Virus record (IMG/VR): IMGVR_UViG_3300008113_000071
Span: 1 to 64,000 of that record
Length of the DNA: 64,000 bases
Source of the DNA: a virus
Strand: one strand, 5' to 3'
Under the pieces are notes generated by a model. The model was not told the origin of the DNA, did no database searches, and worked only from the letters and a program-made list of their open reading frames with translations. This document shows, piece by piece, positions 38,301-46,408 of the stretch. Position 1 is the first letter of the stretch, and each line of letters begins with the position of its first letter. The position numbers and the translations under genes were made by a program.

Positions 38301-39520
38301 GAACATCTATTGGTGGCCCATTATTATATTCAGGAATCCCTTACACAGGAACTGGTAGCATATTCTATACAGATGCTTCATTAACCACTCCATTTAATGG
38401 AGGTAGTTTATGGTATAAACTTTATAATACTGCTGGTGGATATGAAGTGATTGTACAAATTAATTCTTCTGGTGTAGTGATAGATAGTACTGGTTGTACA
38501 ACAACTACTACTACCACAGGTGCACCAACAACCACCACAACTACCACTCTACAAATAGTAGATTTATGTTGCTCAATTGATGGATCTCCAGAATCAGCAT
38601 GCTTTACACAAGCAGCATTTTCAGGAGAAACATGTGCTGATTTTGGTTACTTTGATTGCACCACTCCAGGTGGATGTGATCCAACCACCACTACCACCAC
38701 TACAACTGCAACTCCTACAACAACCACTACAACTAGCAGCACAAGCACAACTACCACTACAACTACAACATTAGCACCAATAGAGTTATGTTGTTCAATT
38801 GATCCATCTCCAGAGACACCATGTTTTACACAAGGTGCAACAGTAGGACAAAGTTGTTCTGATTTTGGGTATTTTGATTGTACTAATCCAAGTGGTTGTA
38901 CACCACCATTTACAACAACAACTACTACCACTACTATTGGTTTTGATTATTATCTAGCAGATAGATATACATGTGATGGTTGTACAGTTAATAGTGCATC
39001 AACTGGAGTTTGTTTTCCAACAGGTACTAGTGTAACTATTGGTAAGTTTTATGATTCTTCATCTTATTATGGATTGTATACTTATCAAATTACTGCATTA
39101 AATCCAGGTGGTACAGGTATGGATGTCATATTAGAACCACTTGAATATAATACATGTTTATTAGGTTGTGTAATAGATCCACCACCAACAACAACAACTA
39201 CCACAACTGTAGCTCCTACAACAACAACTACAACTACAGCAGGACCTACAACCACAACAACTACAACTGTTGCACCTACAACCACAACAACAACTACAAC
39301 ATGTCTTCCTGCAGGAACATTTATAAATCAATTCTGTGTAGATTGTGCATTATATTATACTTTAGCAAATGGAACTTGTGGTACATATGATGAACTTCAA
39401 TCAATTGATTCATCTGAATGTGGACCAGGTTGTGGACCAACTCCAGGAGTATGTTGTGATTGTGGATATGGATGTGAGTGTGGGTATATAACATGTGATT
39501 TTGGATGTTTCCCTTGCTAA
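32324..39520 (+). CDS. tail stabilisation (muzzle) protein, N-terminal core interrupted and extended by poly-Thr/Cys-rich modules
   Basis: GLNLD, NEPGN, YWTDG, RDEVYAF, IRHHKFP, FGGDTFI and WISFHSY motifs of crAss stabilisation proteins; Thr tracts at about 36650-37410 and 37625-39300. Confidence 0.8.
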   Translation: MADELDKIKKILGGDQSNVVPEFNTANTGLNLDLTVNQIPKGTLTYALNASLENFDASSVNYQNEPGNELCLNFPEGYQLIGEHSIYEKNKHIFFLANPVTGGSEIGYMDNNDCVYHTLVNAACLNFNINYPIHKAVHKITNCTTEIYWTDGFNARRYLDIDNVPYVESATSEPCDERFTNDLDCNAIKLQPNFSIPQLEIIGVNNGGDLIAGTYQFAVQYSDATGNGYSSYYSVTNPTPIADTQITTLNFNYPVGRSIDVQISNIDTRGQWEYFNLAVIKTINAITSVELVGTYFIDEAVKQITYTGQNQTLIRLTVDDIFEKFPYYEIAQDLTAVRDVLVWDQLTSIDQINFQKIANQITLQWQTYKLPATENYADELNATNLRGYLRDEVYAFEIVFLLKNGKQTDGFHIPGRVANANDLKIIYPTNQDFIGEPDPITGGSPTWKIYNTATVTGAGVGDNINNATPYEYGDFAYWESTETYPCNTEVWGDLVNQPIRHHKFPDVLVSPIFETRLYRGINEMVMGNNSVFPIGVKVDISQILQLISSSELTLEQRNDIQGFKIVRGDRSTNRSVVAKGILRNVGKYTRENQEFYFPNYPYNDLTEDPFINENNNAWSQICETYNVNITALQVDPDGGPPFAELEYTDCNSNKTQRKKYYTTGSFEFCSISQPIILPPAAGVTGEATYNVWRIASTGGFQLCGGWRAEWIDPSGVSQTTYINGWPTYESRIINVKFGTVPACIEYCDRCGIVIEFLYKVTASTDCKVEVPQPPITSDPEGKYRQIFNSPETSFGQPFLGDVLKLESVIFGKGLGHFVQVKSNAKYKLLTEEAQQDALNSSRELGDLTPDFNAGAMFAAYQAYLTIYTNGITRKNYAYSFNSIADYNYTNGVPNDLGVKQRELDIAQYLIPGVQSVGNDDLNINNFQRESSVFLRTVGSDGSIASLPFPDRSPYMLEGSASIITDNSRFTISEIGNCATPAKEVPIQVVSYYASVKNIFINQWGQIYSYDTIDTGFQYVLGSNESLIATVFGGDTFISRFAFKTKLPFFIDNRVNAPDDSDVFYDEIGNIAYPKYWHSARSILQDYSCDTGGTLPTVLSNIISYKAHNFDCPNSQALAPGAAADSNPNRTFYDGYFYLFAYGIPNFYCETSYNVDLRQAFNNKEGDFWPHVSTSIPDDWVQEDYVSINFDNTYYYNVTFSKQNKENFFSHLPIDYTIDLCATNFPFRAIYSEAQTADADNTVNNWLIYRAVSKFDFPQNYGKLTSLDGIQNKATLARFENKSLLYGTLLTINTSNPQAAYLGNPSLFESAPPVDFAETDLGFVGSQNKMLLKIPQGQISIDAKRGQVFLIQGTQVKDISQFGSGMNRFFTEHLAFEILKYFPEVDTDNHFTGIGLHGTFDSKYDRVLITKLDYVPKTKDVKYDPVTKEFYIEHIYPGNCGGNTTTTTSSSTSTSSSTSTTTSTTTSGGGPTTTTTTTTVTCNEYELPGGETGYTYNFTNCLGNPQTVVVPAGDQYGECALGFPGGPAILVGPCTPTTTTTTTSIPDISCFTLTYLSPYGAPTTCLGEELEIFGGYYRIAYTGGPYVTADVTITYDITNVDGCDSSTTYTTGSQTITAFTSYVDFLFIESTPQDCPPDTPCRTYVSSIGAIVGSSIPCSEFTTTTTTTTLVSPPMMFNSISEGAPRLLTVQTTTTCPPIIIREVVYLTDLNYFCNKSWSLSYNLNTNSWISFHSYIPNFYVAENNFFYSGLNDCCSVIDAIVAEVLPEPTTTSTTTSSTTTTSSTSTTSTTTTRFAGCDLAGEAETLDCTLQGVAIDITPTTTTTTTVRPEIAAVLLFVDEELLCSADNTTTPTAIIYLPVTSPWFVLNGSSELVLDNTCPISSFLSEYVITPASFASYTVSSQSVSTDPPLYIENINFVVNEASLLDSASENIIVTVVSGLASAIGCPCPTTTTTTSSTSSSTTTTTTTAIPSMSWVMGNGGTGSGSSGAACGTSIGGPLLYSGIPYTGTGSIFYTDASLTTPFNGGSLWYKLYNTAGGYEVIVQINSSGVVIDSTGCTTTTTTTGAPTTTTTTTLQIVDLCCSIDGSPESACFTQAAFSGETCADFGYFDCTTPGGCDPTTTTTTTTATPTTTTTTSSTSTTTTTTTTLAPIELCCSIDPSPETPCFTQGATVGQSCSDFGYFDCTNPSGCTPPFTTTTTTTTIGFDYYLADRYTCDGCTVNSASTGVCFPTGTSVTIGKFYDSSSYYGLYTYQITALNPGGTGMDVILEPLEYNTCLLGCVIDPPPTTTTTTTVAPTTTTTTTAGPTTTTTTTVAPTTTTTTTTCLPAGTFINQFCVDCALYYTLANGTCGTYDELQSIDSSECGPGCGPTPGVCCDCGYGCECGYITCDFGCFPC

Positions 39521-39542
39521 CTTTTGATTAAAATAATAAATT

Positions 39543-39770
39543 ATGATAAAATATTTAAAAAACGAAAATGCAGTAATTAAGGTTGATGATGAAAACCAAT
39601 CTTTAACTCTAGTAACTATTAGAGAAGGGTCTTTCATGTTAAGACATGATTACGATAACTCACCATTGTTTAATGATATAACAGTCACTAAATATAATGA
39701 AGGTAAATTTGTAGATGCTACAGAGGAAGAATTTATTGCATTTAAAACCCAGTGTTTAAATCATATATAA
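39543..39770 (+). CDS. hypothetical protein (possible fibre chaperone)
   Basis: 75 aa between the two muzzle parts. Confidence 0.55.
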   Translation: MIKYLKNENAVIKVDDENQSLTLVTIREGSFMLRHDYDNSPLFNDITVTKYNEGKFVDATEEEFIAFKTQCLNHI

Positions 39771-39772
39771 TA

Positions 39773-40639
39773 ATGTCAAAAACAATAGTCATAAAGTTAA
39801 CAGAGTCTTCATTAAGAAGTGGACCATTTAATATTACTGATCAATTTGGTAATGTTATAGCTATTGGTGTGTCTAGAAATGAACTCATTGCTGGTATTGC
39901 ATACAGTGTTGCTGATGATGTTACATTAATTACTATAGAATCTTTTGGTAAATGTAAAAATAAACGTACATTTGCAATAGGAACTATTATTCCAAGTGAG
40001 TTAGCTGCTGCTACATACACTCCATCAAACAATGCATGTTTATGGACACACTTGAAAAATCCTGTATTATATAATACATTCTATGGAAACATTGAACCTT
40101 ATATAATTGAATATCCTTTTTCATATCAGTTTAATGATGAAATCTTACAGAACGTAAAAGATTATACAAAAGCATACAAGTATCTTCCTGATACTGATTT
40201 TGTATCTGATGAGTGTGATAAGATTGAAACAAACGATAGATGGTTCAATAAAGCTGTGTTATACAATGGTCAACAATCAACTGGTATATTAGAACTAGTT
40301 CCTAAACCATTGCACAACTTAAATGCTTATTTAAAATATCCAATATATAACGCTGAGAGCAAAACTATTACATTTACTAAGAGCGATAACTTCTACCAGT
40401 ACAATACATTCTGGTCAGTAATTAAAGATAGACAAGAACCATTATTCCTAAGAAGCTGTGAATCATTATCAATCGATAAGATTGTAAATCAAGCTAATAT
40501 GAACTATGGAACAATGTCCTTTAGAAAGGATCCTCTTAGAGCAAAAGATTTAAAGGTGAGACACATTCTTGACAATAGATCTGATGCACATTTAGTTAGT
40601 CAATTCATTACAACTCCTGCACAAATTTCTTACAAATAA
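39773..40639 (+). CDS. C-terminal portion of the tail stabilisation protein with an added N-terminal beta-rich domain
   Basis: LWTH..YNTFYG..PYIIEY..FNKAVLYNGQQSTG resembles the usual continuation after WxSFHSY; start moved to MSKTIV. Confidence 0.65.
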   Translation: MSKTIVIKLTESSLRSGPFNITDQFGNVIAIGVSRNELIAGIAYSVADDVTLITIESFGKCKNKRTFAIGTIIPSELAAATYTPSNNACLWTHLKNPVLYNTFYGNIEPYIIEYPFSYQFNDEILQNVKDYTKAYKYLPDTDFVSDECDKIETNDRWFNKAVLYNGQQSTGILELVPKPLHNLNAYLKYPIYNAESKTITFTKSDNFYQYNTFWSVIKDRQEPLFLRSCESLSIDKIVNQANMNYGTMSFRKDPLRAKDLKVRHILDNRSDAHLVSQFITTPAQISYK

Positions 40640-42927
40640 TGGCTAGTTGGTTAGATAAATATAACGATGATGTTCCTAATGCTCAGAATGGTATTGAGGG
40701 CACTATGGGTGGTTTAACAGACCAAGGCTTTAACTATAATGGTGCATGGGGTGGAACAATGGCTATGGGTGGTTCTCTTCCTGGTGCTGTAGGATTCACA
40801 TATGCACGTACACAATCTCCTGCTCCTTCTAATGGTAAGTATGCTAAGAAAACAAAAGCTTCTGCACAGAATGGACAAGAGATGAAGTTCTATCAAGAAG
40901 GACTTGATTGGAAACCAAAGAATATTAGTAGAGATGGTGGGTGGTTAAGTAAATATGAAGAGGGTGGAATCATTGAAGATCCTATGGGACAATGGGCTCA
41001 TCCAGGAGAGATAACTCGCATTCCTTCAAACGAAATAACTATGCAGGGTGTAGACTATCCTGTACTAGGTATATCTGACACAGGAGACACTAAAATGATG
41101 CAGCCTGGTAAAGACTACAAGTTTAAAGGAAAGTCTGTTACAGAGATCCCTATGGCTCAGAGAGGAAAAGTTGTTCCATTAAGAGATTTATTAAAACAAG
41201 AGGATGAGAAGTTAAAAGGTAAAGCTGATAACACTAAACTTGTTCAACCAGTTAGACAACAGCCTAAAGTTTTAATTGATCCTCTCACTGGTAAACCACC
41301 AACTGCCAATAGAGAAAATGTTGTAAGAGCTGCAGCTAATCCTAGAAATCAAGGAACTATCCAAACTCCTTATAAGAGAAGTTTTAGAGAACAAGCAATT
41401 GCAGATCTTAATATAATGGATAGACGTGGTGATAATGCTGTAGCTAGTATTGTAACTGCTCCAATTAAAGCTGGTTTAAATTTATTAAGACCAGATAAAT
41501 ATTTTGAAGATGTAAATAGTACCTCAAGTCTTGGAGATGCATTTACATCTTTAGCACTTGATGCATTAACAGCTATTCCTGCTGTTGAAATGGCATCAGA
41601 AGCATCTAGATATTTGGGAGTTCCAAGAAGACTTGGTGTATTAGCTAGTGATGCTAAAGAACTAGGTTCAAACTTTCTTGGAATAAATCCTGCATCTATC
41701 CCTTTAGCAGAACAAGAGCTTATTAATACATTTAGAAATGTTGGACATATTGCTAAGAAAACAGGAGCATCTGCTAAGGCTGAACAATTTGAAGCTTTAT
41801 TAAAACAAGGAGAATCTTTAAGTGATGAAATGTTCTTTAACTTAACAGGTTACAATAGATCTGATGTTATTAATAAAATTGGTACATTAAAACAAACTGA
41901 ATCTTCAGGATTAAAAAACTTCCTTGCTGATCCAAATGATAGATATGCAGCTCAGTTAGATAGAGATGCTGCAAGATTAAATAGAGCTAATGCTATTGAA
42001 CGAGCTTCTACAGGAGGACCAAGTGCTGCAGAAATGAGATCAGCATTTCAGCAAAATTATAATCCTAGTTCACAAGAACAAATAGTAGCTAGTCTTACTG
42101 ATGATCTTGTAAATGGAAGAATAACACAAACACAGTTTCAAAACAATCTTGAAGCACAAGGTATAGACATGGTAGCGTACTTACGAGGAGCTTCAGTTGA
42201 TGATGCAACTAATTATGCACAACAAGCAAGAGGTTCTCAACTTGGTAATATTCCAAGAAGTGAAAATATGCAATTTTTAGATGATCTTAGTGCACAGGTT
42301 AGTAATGGAACAATTACTGAAGCAGAATACATGGATCTTATGGAAGAACATATACGTAATAGACCTCCTTCACCTTCATATTTTGATAGAGATCCAGTAA
42401 AAAATAGTAGTTTATCTATGTATGAAAATGCAACACGATCACCTATAGGAAGATTAAATGATAAATTCTTTGGAAATAAATATATTCCAAAAACAGAATT
42501 AGCAGACAATACAGATGATTTGTTTATTGGATTATATACAAATCAATATAATAATCCAGGACTTGAAATGAGAAGTGCATATAACAAAGTAGCTGCTTCC
42601 CCAAAAGGATCTTCTTTCTTACCTGCTAAATCTTTATCAAGTGATAGCTATCCTATGTCATTAAGATTAACTAATAGGGGACTTAAGTCAGGTATTGTTG
42701 ATGTAAACTATCATGGATTGTTTCCATTAAATTCATCTGGATTTACTCAGGCTGCAGGAATGCCAATGGATATAAATTTAAAAGAGATCAACACTTTAAT
42801 TAAAGGTCTAAATACACAATTACCAAAATCTCTACCTTATGCAAAAATAGAAGGTGGACAATTAATGTATCCTAATTTTTCTGTAACAAGAAAGAAAAAT
42901 GGTGGATGGTTAAATAAATACGAATAA
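40639..42927 (+). CDS. putative cargo/ejection protein with WLxKY repeats
   Basis: WLDKY, GGWLSKYE and GGWLNKYE; located between the tail genes and RNAP. Confidence 0.65.
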   Translation: MASWLDKYNDDVPNAQNGIEGTMGGLTDQGFNYNGAWGGTMAMGGSLPGAVGFTYARTQSPAPSNGKYAKKTKASAQNGQEMKFYQEGLDWKPKNISRDGGWLSKYEEGGIIEDPMGQWAHPGEITRIPSNEITMQGVDYPVLGISDTGDTKMMQPGKDYKFKGKSVTEIPMAQRGKVVPLRDLLKQEDEKLKGKADNTKLVQPVRQQPKVLIDPLTGKPPTANRENVVRAAANPRNQGTIQTPYKRSFREQAIADLNIMDRRGDNAVASIVTAPIKAGLNLLRPDKYFEDVNSTSSLGDAFTSLALDALTAIPAVEMASEASRYLGVPRRLGVLASDAKELGSNFLGINPASIPLAEQELINTFRNVGHIAKKTGASAKAEQFEALLKQGESLSDEMFFNLTGYNRSDVINKIGTLKQTESSGLKNFLADPNDRYAAQLDRDAARLNRANAIERASTGGPSAAEMRSAFQQNYNPSSQEQIVASLTDDLVNGRITQTQFQNNLEAQGIDMVAYLRGASVDDATNYAQQARGSQLGNIPRSENMQFLDDLSAQVSNGTITEAEYMDLMEEHIRNRPPSPSYFDRDPVKNSSLSMYENATRSPIGRLNDKFFGNKYIPKTELADNTDDLFIGLYTNQYNNPGLEMRSAYNKVAASPKGSSFLPAKSLSSDSYPMSLRLTNRGLKSGIVDVNYHGLFPLNSSGFTQAAGMPMDINLKEINTLIKGLNTQLPKSLPYAKIEGGQLMYPNFSVTRKKNGGWLNKYE

Positions 42928-42946
42928 AAATTATTACCTTAGATAT

Positions 42947-45900
42947 ATGAAATCACAATTCTTAAAAATTGCAGGTGTTAAGTCAGAGAAAGCTTTTTAC
43001 AAAAAGTATCCTACTGAAGCAGCGTTCTTTAAAGCACATCCAGAAGCTAAGAAAATGGCTAATGGTGGTGAACAAGACAAGGGTCAGATTAAAAAGCTCC
43101 AACAGCTAACTGACTTTGGTAATCCTCCTATGGCTCAGTTTGGTCTTAATCTTCCTGATCCATTTAGTTTTGGTCAGACTAATCCAAGTTTAAATACTAA
43201 AGGATTAACTGGACTAGGTGCACAACAGCCAACAGGGTTTGGACAATATGTAGCTGGCATGGGTCAAAGCAACAAAGCACTTAAAAGAAATTATAGCCAA
43301 ATGTTTGGTAATTTCCAAACAGGTCAAAACATATCATCAGGTATACCAAGCACTCTTGGTGCTACAGGTGCTACTAAGGGAGCAGGTTTTATGGCTGGAT
43401 TAAATAAGTTTGCTGATAAAGCTGCTCCATATGTTGATTCTGCAATGGATGTTGTTGAAGGTATTGGTATGATTAAGCAACAAAAAGAAGCTAAGCGTCA
43501 AGCTAAACAACAAGCTCAACTTACTGGACTATTCTCTCAAGCAGCAAATACAAGACCTGAACAGATTGAAAGAAAGTATGTTCGTCCTGAAGATATGATG
43601 ATTCAGCCAGAACAACTATTCCCTTCTTATGGTGTAGGTACAAATGTTCTTGCACAAGATGGTGCTATGATTGGTGGTAATCCAACTGAGATTATGAACA
43701 CCTTTGCTCCTGATACTATTTACACTGATTCAGGATATGAACCATTAAATGATACAAGTAGATTAAAAGCTTACTATCATGGTGGTAAAATGAGAAAAGC
43801 TCAAGGTGGTTTATCAGCTGCATTAAACTCAGGTGGCTTTGGTGAGTTCATGACTGAAAAAGGTGGAGAAGATATATTGGGAAGCTTAACTAGTCTTACA
43901 CAGGGTAGAGGTGGTCCAAGTGCTGGTAATAAAATTGGTAGTGGTGTATTAGGTGGAATTGGTACAGCATTTGGTGGACCAGTTGGTGGTATGATTGGTA
44001 AAGCTCTTGGTTCAGTTGTAGGTGGATTATTTGATAACACTGGACAACAGATTCGTAGATACAATGAACAATCAGATAGAAACATCTCCAATGTTATTGC
44101 ACAACAAACTGGTATGGGCATTCAAAATAAATACAGTAGCTATTTAGAAGATGGTGGTGCTATTGATGATGAACATGCATGGGTTAGCCATTCTTGGCAA
44201 CCACAAGTGATTGCTACATTTGGTGAGCATAAACTAGAAGATTTATTACAACCTCCCAATGATGCAGACATGTTAAGAGCTGGTGGTCATTTAAGAAGTT
44301 ACACTCCTCCTAGTGCACAAGCTATGTATACAGGAAGAGAGCAATTTGCTATGGGTGGTGATTTAAAAGTTCATCGTGGTGAAGCTGAGACTATGTCATA
44401 TAATCCTTATTTACCAGAAGGTGGAGAAACTATTATGTTCAGAGGACCTTCTCATGAAGATGGTGGTATGCCTATTGAATATGGATCTAGTCCTGTAGAA
44501 GTTGAAGGTGGTGAACCTGCTGTTAAACTTCAAGATGGAACATCTGGAGATAGTAGTTTAGTTGTATATGGTAACTTGGTTAATCCTAAAACTGGTAAGA
44601 AGTTTAAGAAAGATGCTGAGGAAATATCTAAGAACGAAGCTAAACAAAACAAAAAGATTGATAAAGCATCTACAGGATTAGATAATCTAAATGTAAATTC
44701 ATCATTTGATAAACTAGGACTAGATACTTATAATGCAATCATCACTGGTGCTAATATGAAATTAAAACAATATGCTGAAGACAAAATGGATTTAGCTGCA
44801 TTACAAAGTGCAATTAATGACACAGCTGAAGAGTATGGATTAATTGCTGATGATCTAGCTAAAGGTAAAGTTAAACCTGATACATCAAAAGATGCTACAG
44901 CTAAATATGGTACTAGTTTACCAAAAGCTCAAGATGGTATTATAGCTAAAAAGTTTGCTGCTGCAAAAGCTGAAGCTGAAGCTGCATTAAAAGCCTTATA
45001 TCCAGGTAAAAAGGTAGAAATTAAATATGGTAGTGAAGATAGACCTATTGCTGGTGGTGGTAACAAACCATCACAGAGAGGATTAAAAGGATCTGGTGCA
45101 TCTAAGACAGATGTATCTATTCACAATATTGGTGGTGCAAAAGATTTCTTAATCTATGTTGATGGTAAAGTAGTTAATGATGCAAATGTTTACAAACAAA
45201 CATTACATCCTGCTGCACAAAAACAAGGATTATTTACTATTGGTGATTGGGATCCAGGACACGTTACTATAGTTAAAGAAGGTGTTGGTAATCCTTTTGC
45301 AACTGCACTTCAACAATATCCAGAATTAAAAAACTCTAAAGTATATAAAGATACTGTTACTTTCTTAGAGAAACAAGTTAATAGTAAACAAGCTAGTCCT
45401 AGTGAGTTAAGAGCATATTCTCAATTAACTGGTAAATCTGTAAAAGGAACTCCTGCATACACTCCTGATTATGCAGCAATTGCTAAACAGGAAAATGCTC
45501 CTACACAAGAGTGGCAAGATATTCCACCATTCTATGTACCTCCTGCACCAAACATTCCTCCAACTACAGATACAACAACAACATTGCCTATTGGTGCAAC
45601 TCCTCCTAAATTAACTCCACCTTGGAGTGGATTGATTAACTCTATTATTCCTCGATTAAGACCTAGTGATGCAGAGGCTTTTGATACAGCACAGATAACT
45701 CCTGAACTGTATGCAATGATTAGTAATAATTTAGAACCTGTACAAGCTCAGAAGTATATTCCTCAATTGTTAAATCCTTATGATATATCTCTTCAGGATC
45801 AATTGAATGCTAACCAAGCAGACTTTAATGCTATGGCAAGAATGACAGGAGGAGATGCTTCTGCATTAGCTCCTTTAGCTGCTCAGAAGTATGCTGCTAA

Positions 45901-46408
45901 CTCTAGAGTGTTAGGAGAACAAATGAGAATCAATCAAGCTAATAAAGCTGGCATTTATAATGCTAACATTAATACAATGAATGATGCTCAATTAAAAAAC
46001 TTAAGCATTCTTGACAGACAGTATGAAAGACAAGAGATGGCTAAGAGTAATACAAAAGCTACAAACTTGGAAGCATTAAAATCTATTACAGATAAATATG
46101 CTCAGAATAAACTATCTAATAGAACTCTTGCTACATATGAGAACTTGTACAACTATAGATATGACCCAAGCTTCAGAGCTCAGAATATGAATCCTTTGGC
46201 TAAATTCAATATACCAACAGTTACAACTAAACTTCCTATTTATGATAACAGTGGTAATATTGTTGGATTTCAACAAGCTGATGGTAGTAGTGCACCAGCT
46301 GGAGCAACTCCTCCATATGTAGCTCCTGGTAGTAGGAAGACAGAAGAGAAACCTAAATCAGCTGTTGCAAGAAATGGTTCAATCGTTAAAGCACTTAAAA
46401 ATTTATAA
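42947..46408 (+). CDS. cargo/ejection protein with glycine zipper and M15-like peptidase domain
   Basis: GVLGGIGTAFGGPVGGMIG zipper; GPSHEDGG..VEGGE; SIHNIGGAKD...WDPGH. Confidence 0.72.
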   Translation: MKSQFLKIAGVKSEKAFYKKYPTEAAFFKAHPEAKKMANGGEQDKGQIKKLQQLTDFGNPPMAQFGLNLPDPFSFGQTNPSLNTKGLTGLGAQQPTGFGQYVAGMGQSNKALKRNYSQMFGNFQTGQNISSGIPSTLGATGATKGAGFMAGLNKFADKAAPYVDSAMDVVEGIGMIKQQKEAKRQAKQQAQLTGLFSQAANTRPEQIERKYVRPEDMMIQPEQLFPSYGVGTNVLAQDGAMIGGNPTEIMNTFAPDTIYTDSGYEPLNDTSRLKAYYHGGKMRKAQGGLSAALNSGGFGEFMTEKGGEDILGSLTSLTQGRGGPSAGNKIGSGVLGGIGTAFGGPVGGMIGKALGSVVGGLFDNTGQQIRRYNEQSDRNISNVIAQQTGMGIQNKYSSYLEDGGAIDDEHAWVSHSWQPQVIATFGEHKLEDLLQPPNDADMLRAGGHLRSYTPPSAQAMYTGREQFAMGGDLKVHRGEAETMSYNPYLPEGGETIMFRGPSHEDGGMPIEYGSSPVEVEGGEPAVKLQDGTSGDSSLVVYGNLVNPKTGKKFKKDAEEISKNEAKQNKKIDKASTGLDNLNVNSSFDKLGLDTYNAIITGANMKLKQYAEDKMDLAALQSAINDTAEEYGLIADDLAKGKVKPDTSKDATAKYGTSLPKAQDGIIAKKFAAAKAEAEAALKALYPGKKVEIKYGSEDRPIAGGGNKPSQRGLKGSGASKTDVSIHNIGGAKDFLIYVDGKVVNDANVYKQTLHPAAQKQGLFTIGDWDPGHVTIVKEGVGNPFATALQQYPELKNSKVYKDTVTFLEKQVNSKQASPSELRAYSQLTGKSVKGTPAYTPDYAAIAKQENAPTQEWQDIPPFYVPPAPNIPPTTDTTTTLPIGATPPKLTPPWSGLINSIIPRLRPSDAEAFDTAQITPELYAMISNNLEPVQAQKYIPQLLNPYDISLQDQLNANQADFNAMARMTGGDASALAPLAAQKYAANSRVLGEQMRINQANKAGIYNANINTMNDAQLKNLSILDRQYERQEMAKSNTKATNLEALKSITDKYAQNKLSNRTLATYENLYNYRYDPSFRAQNMNPLAKFNIPTVTTKLPIYDNSGNIVGFQQADGSSAPAGATPPYVAPGSRKTEEKPKSAVARNGSIVKALKNL

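Noticed and set aside
36625-39285. Poly-Val antisense ORFs and poly-Gln/Asn alternative frames
   Set aside because: These are shadows of the ACN Thr tracts.
36640-39300. CRISPR array or DGR template/variable repeat
   Set aside because: The repeats are in-frame and degenerate. The duplicated module differs at all base types rather than only adenines, and no reverse transcriptase is in the window.
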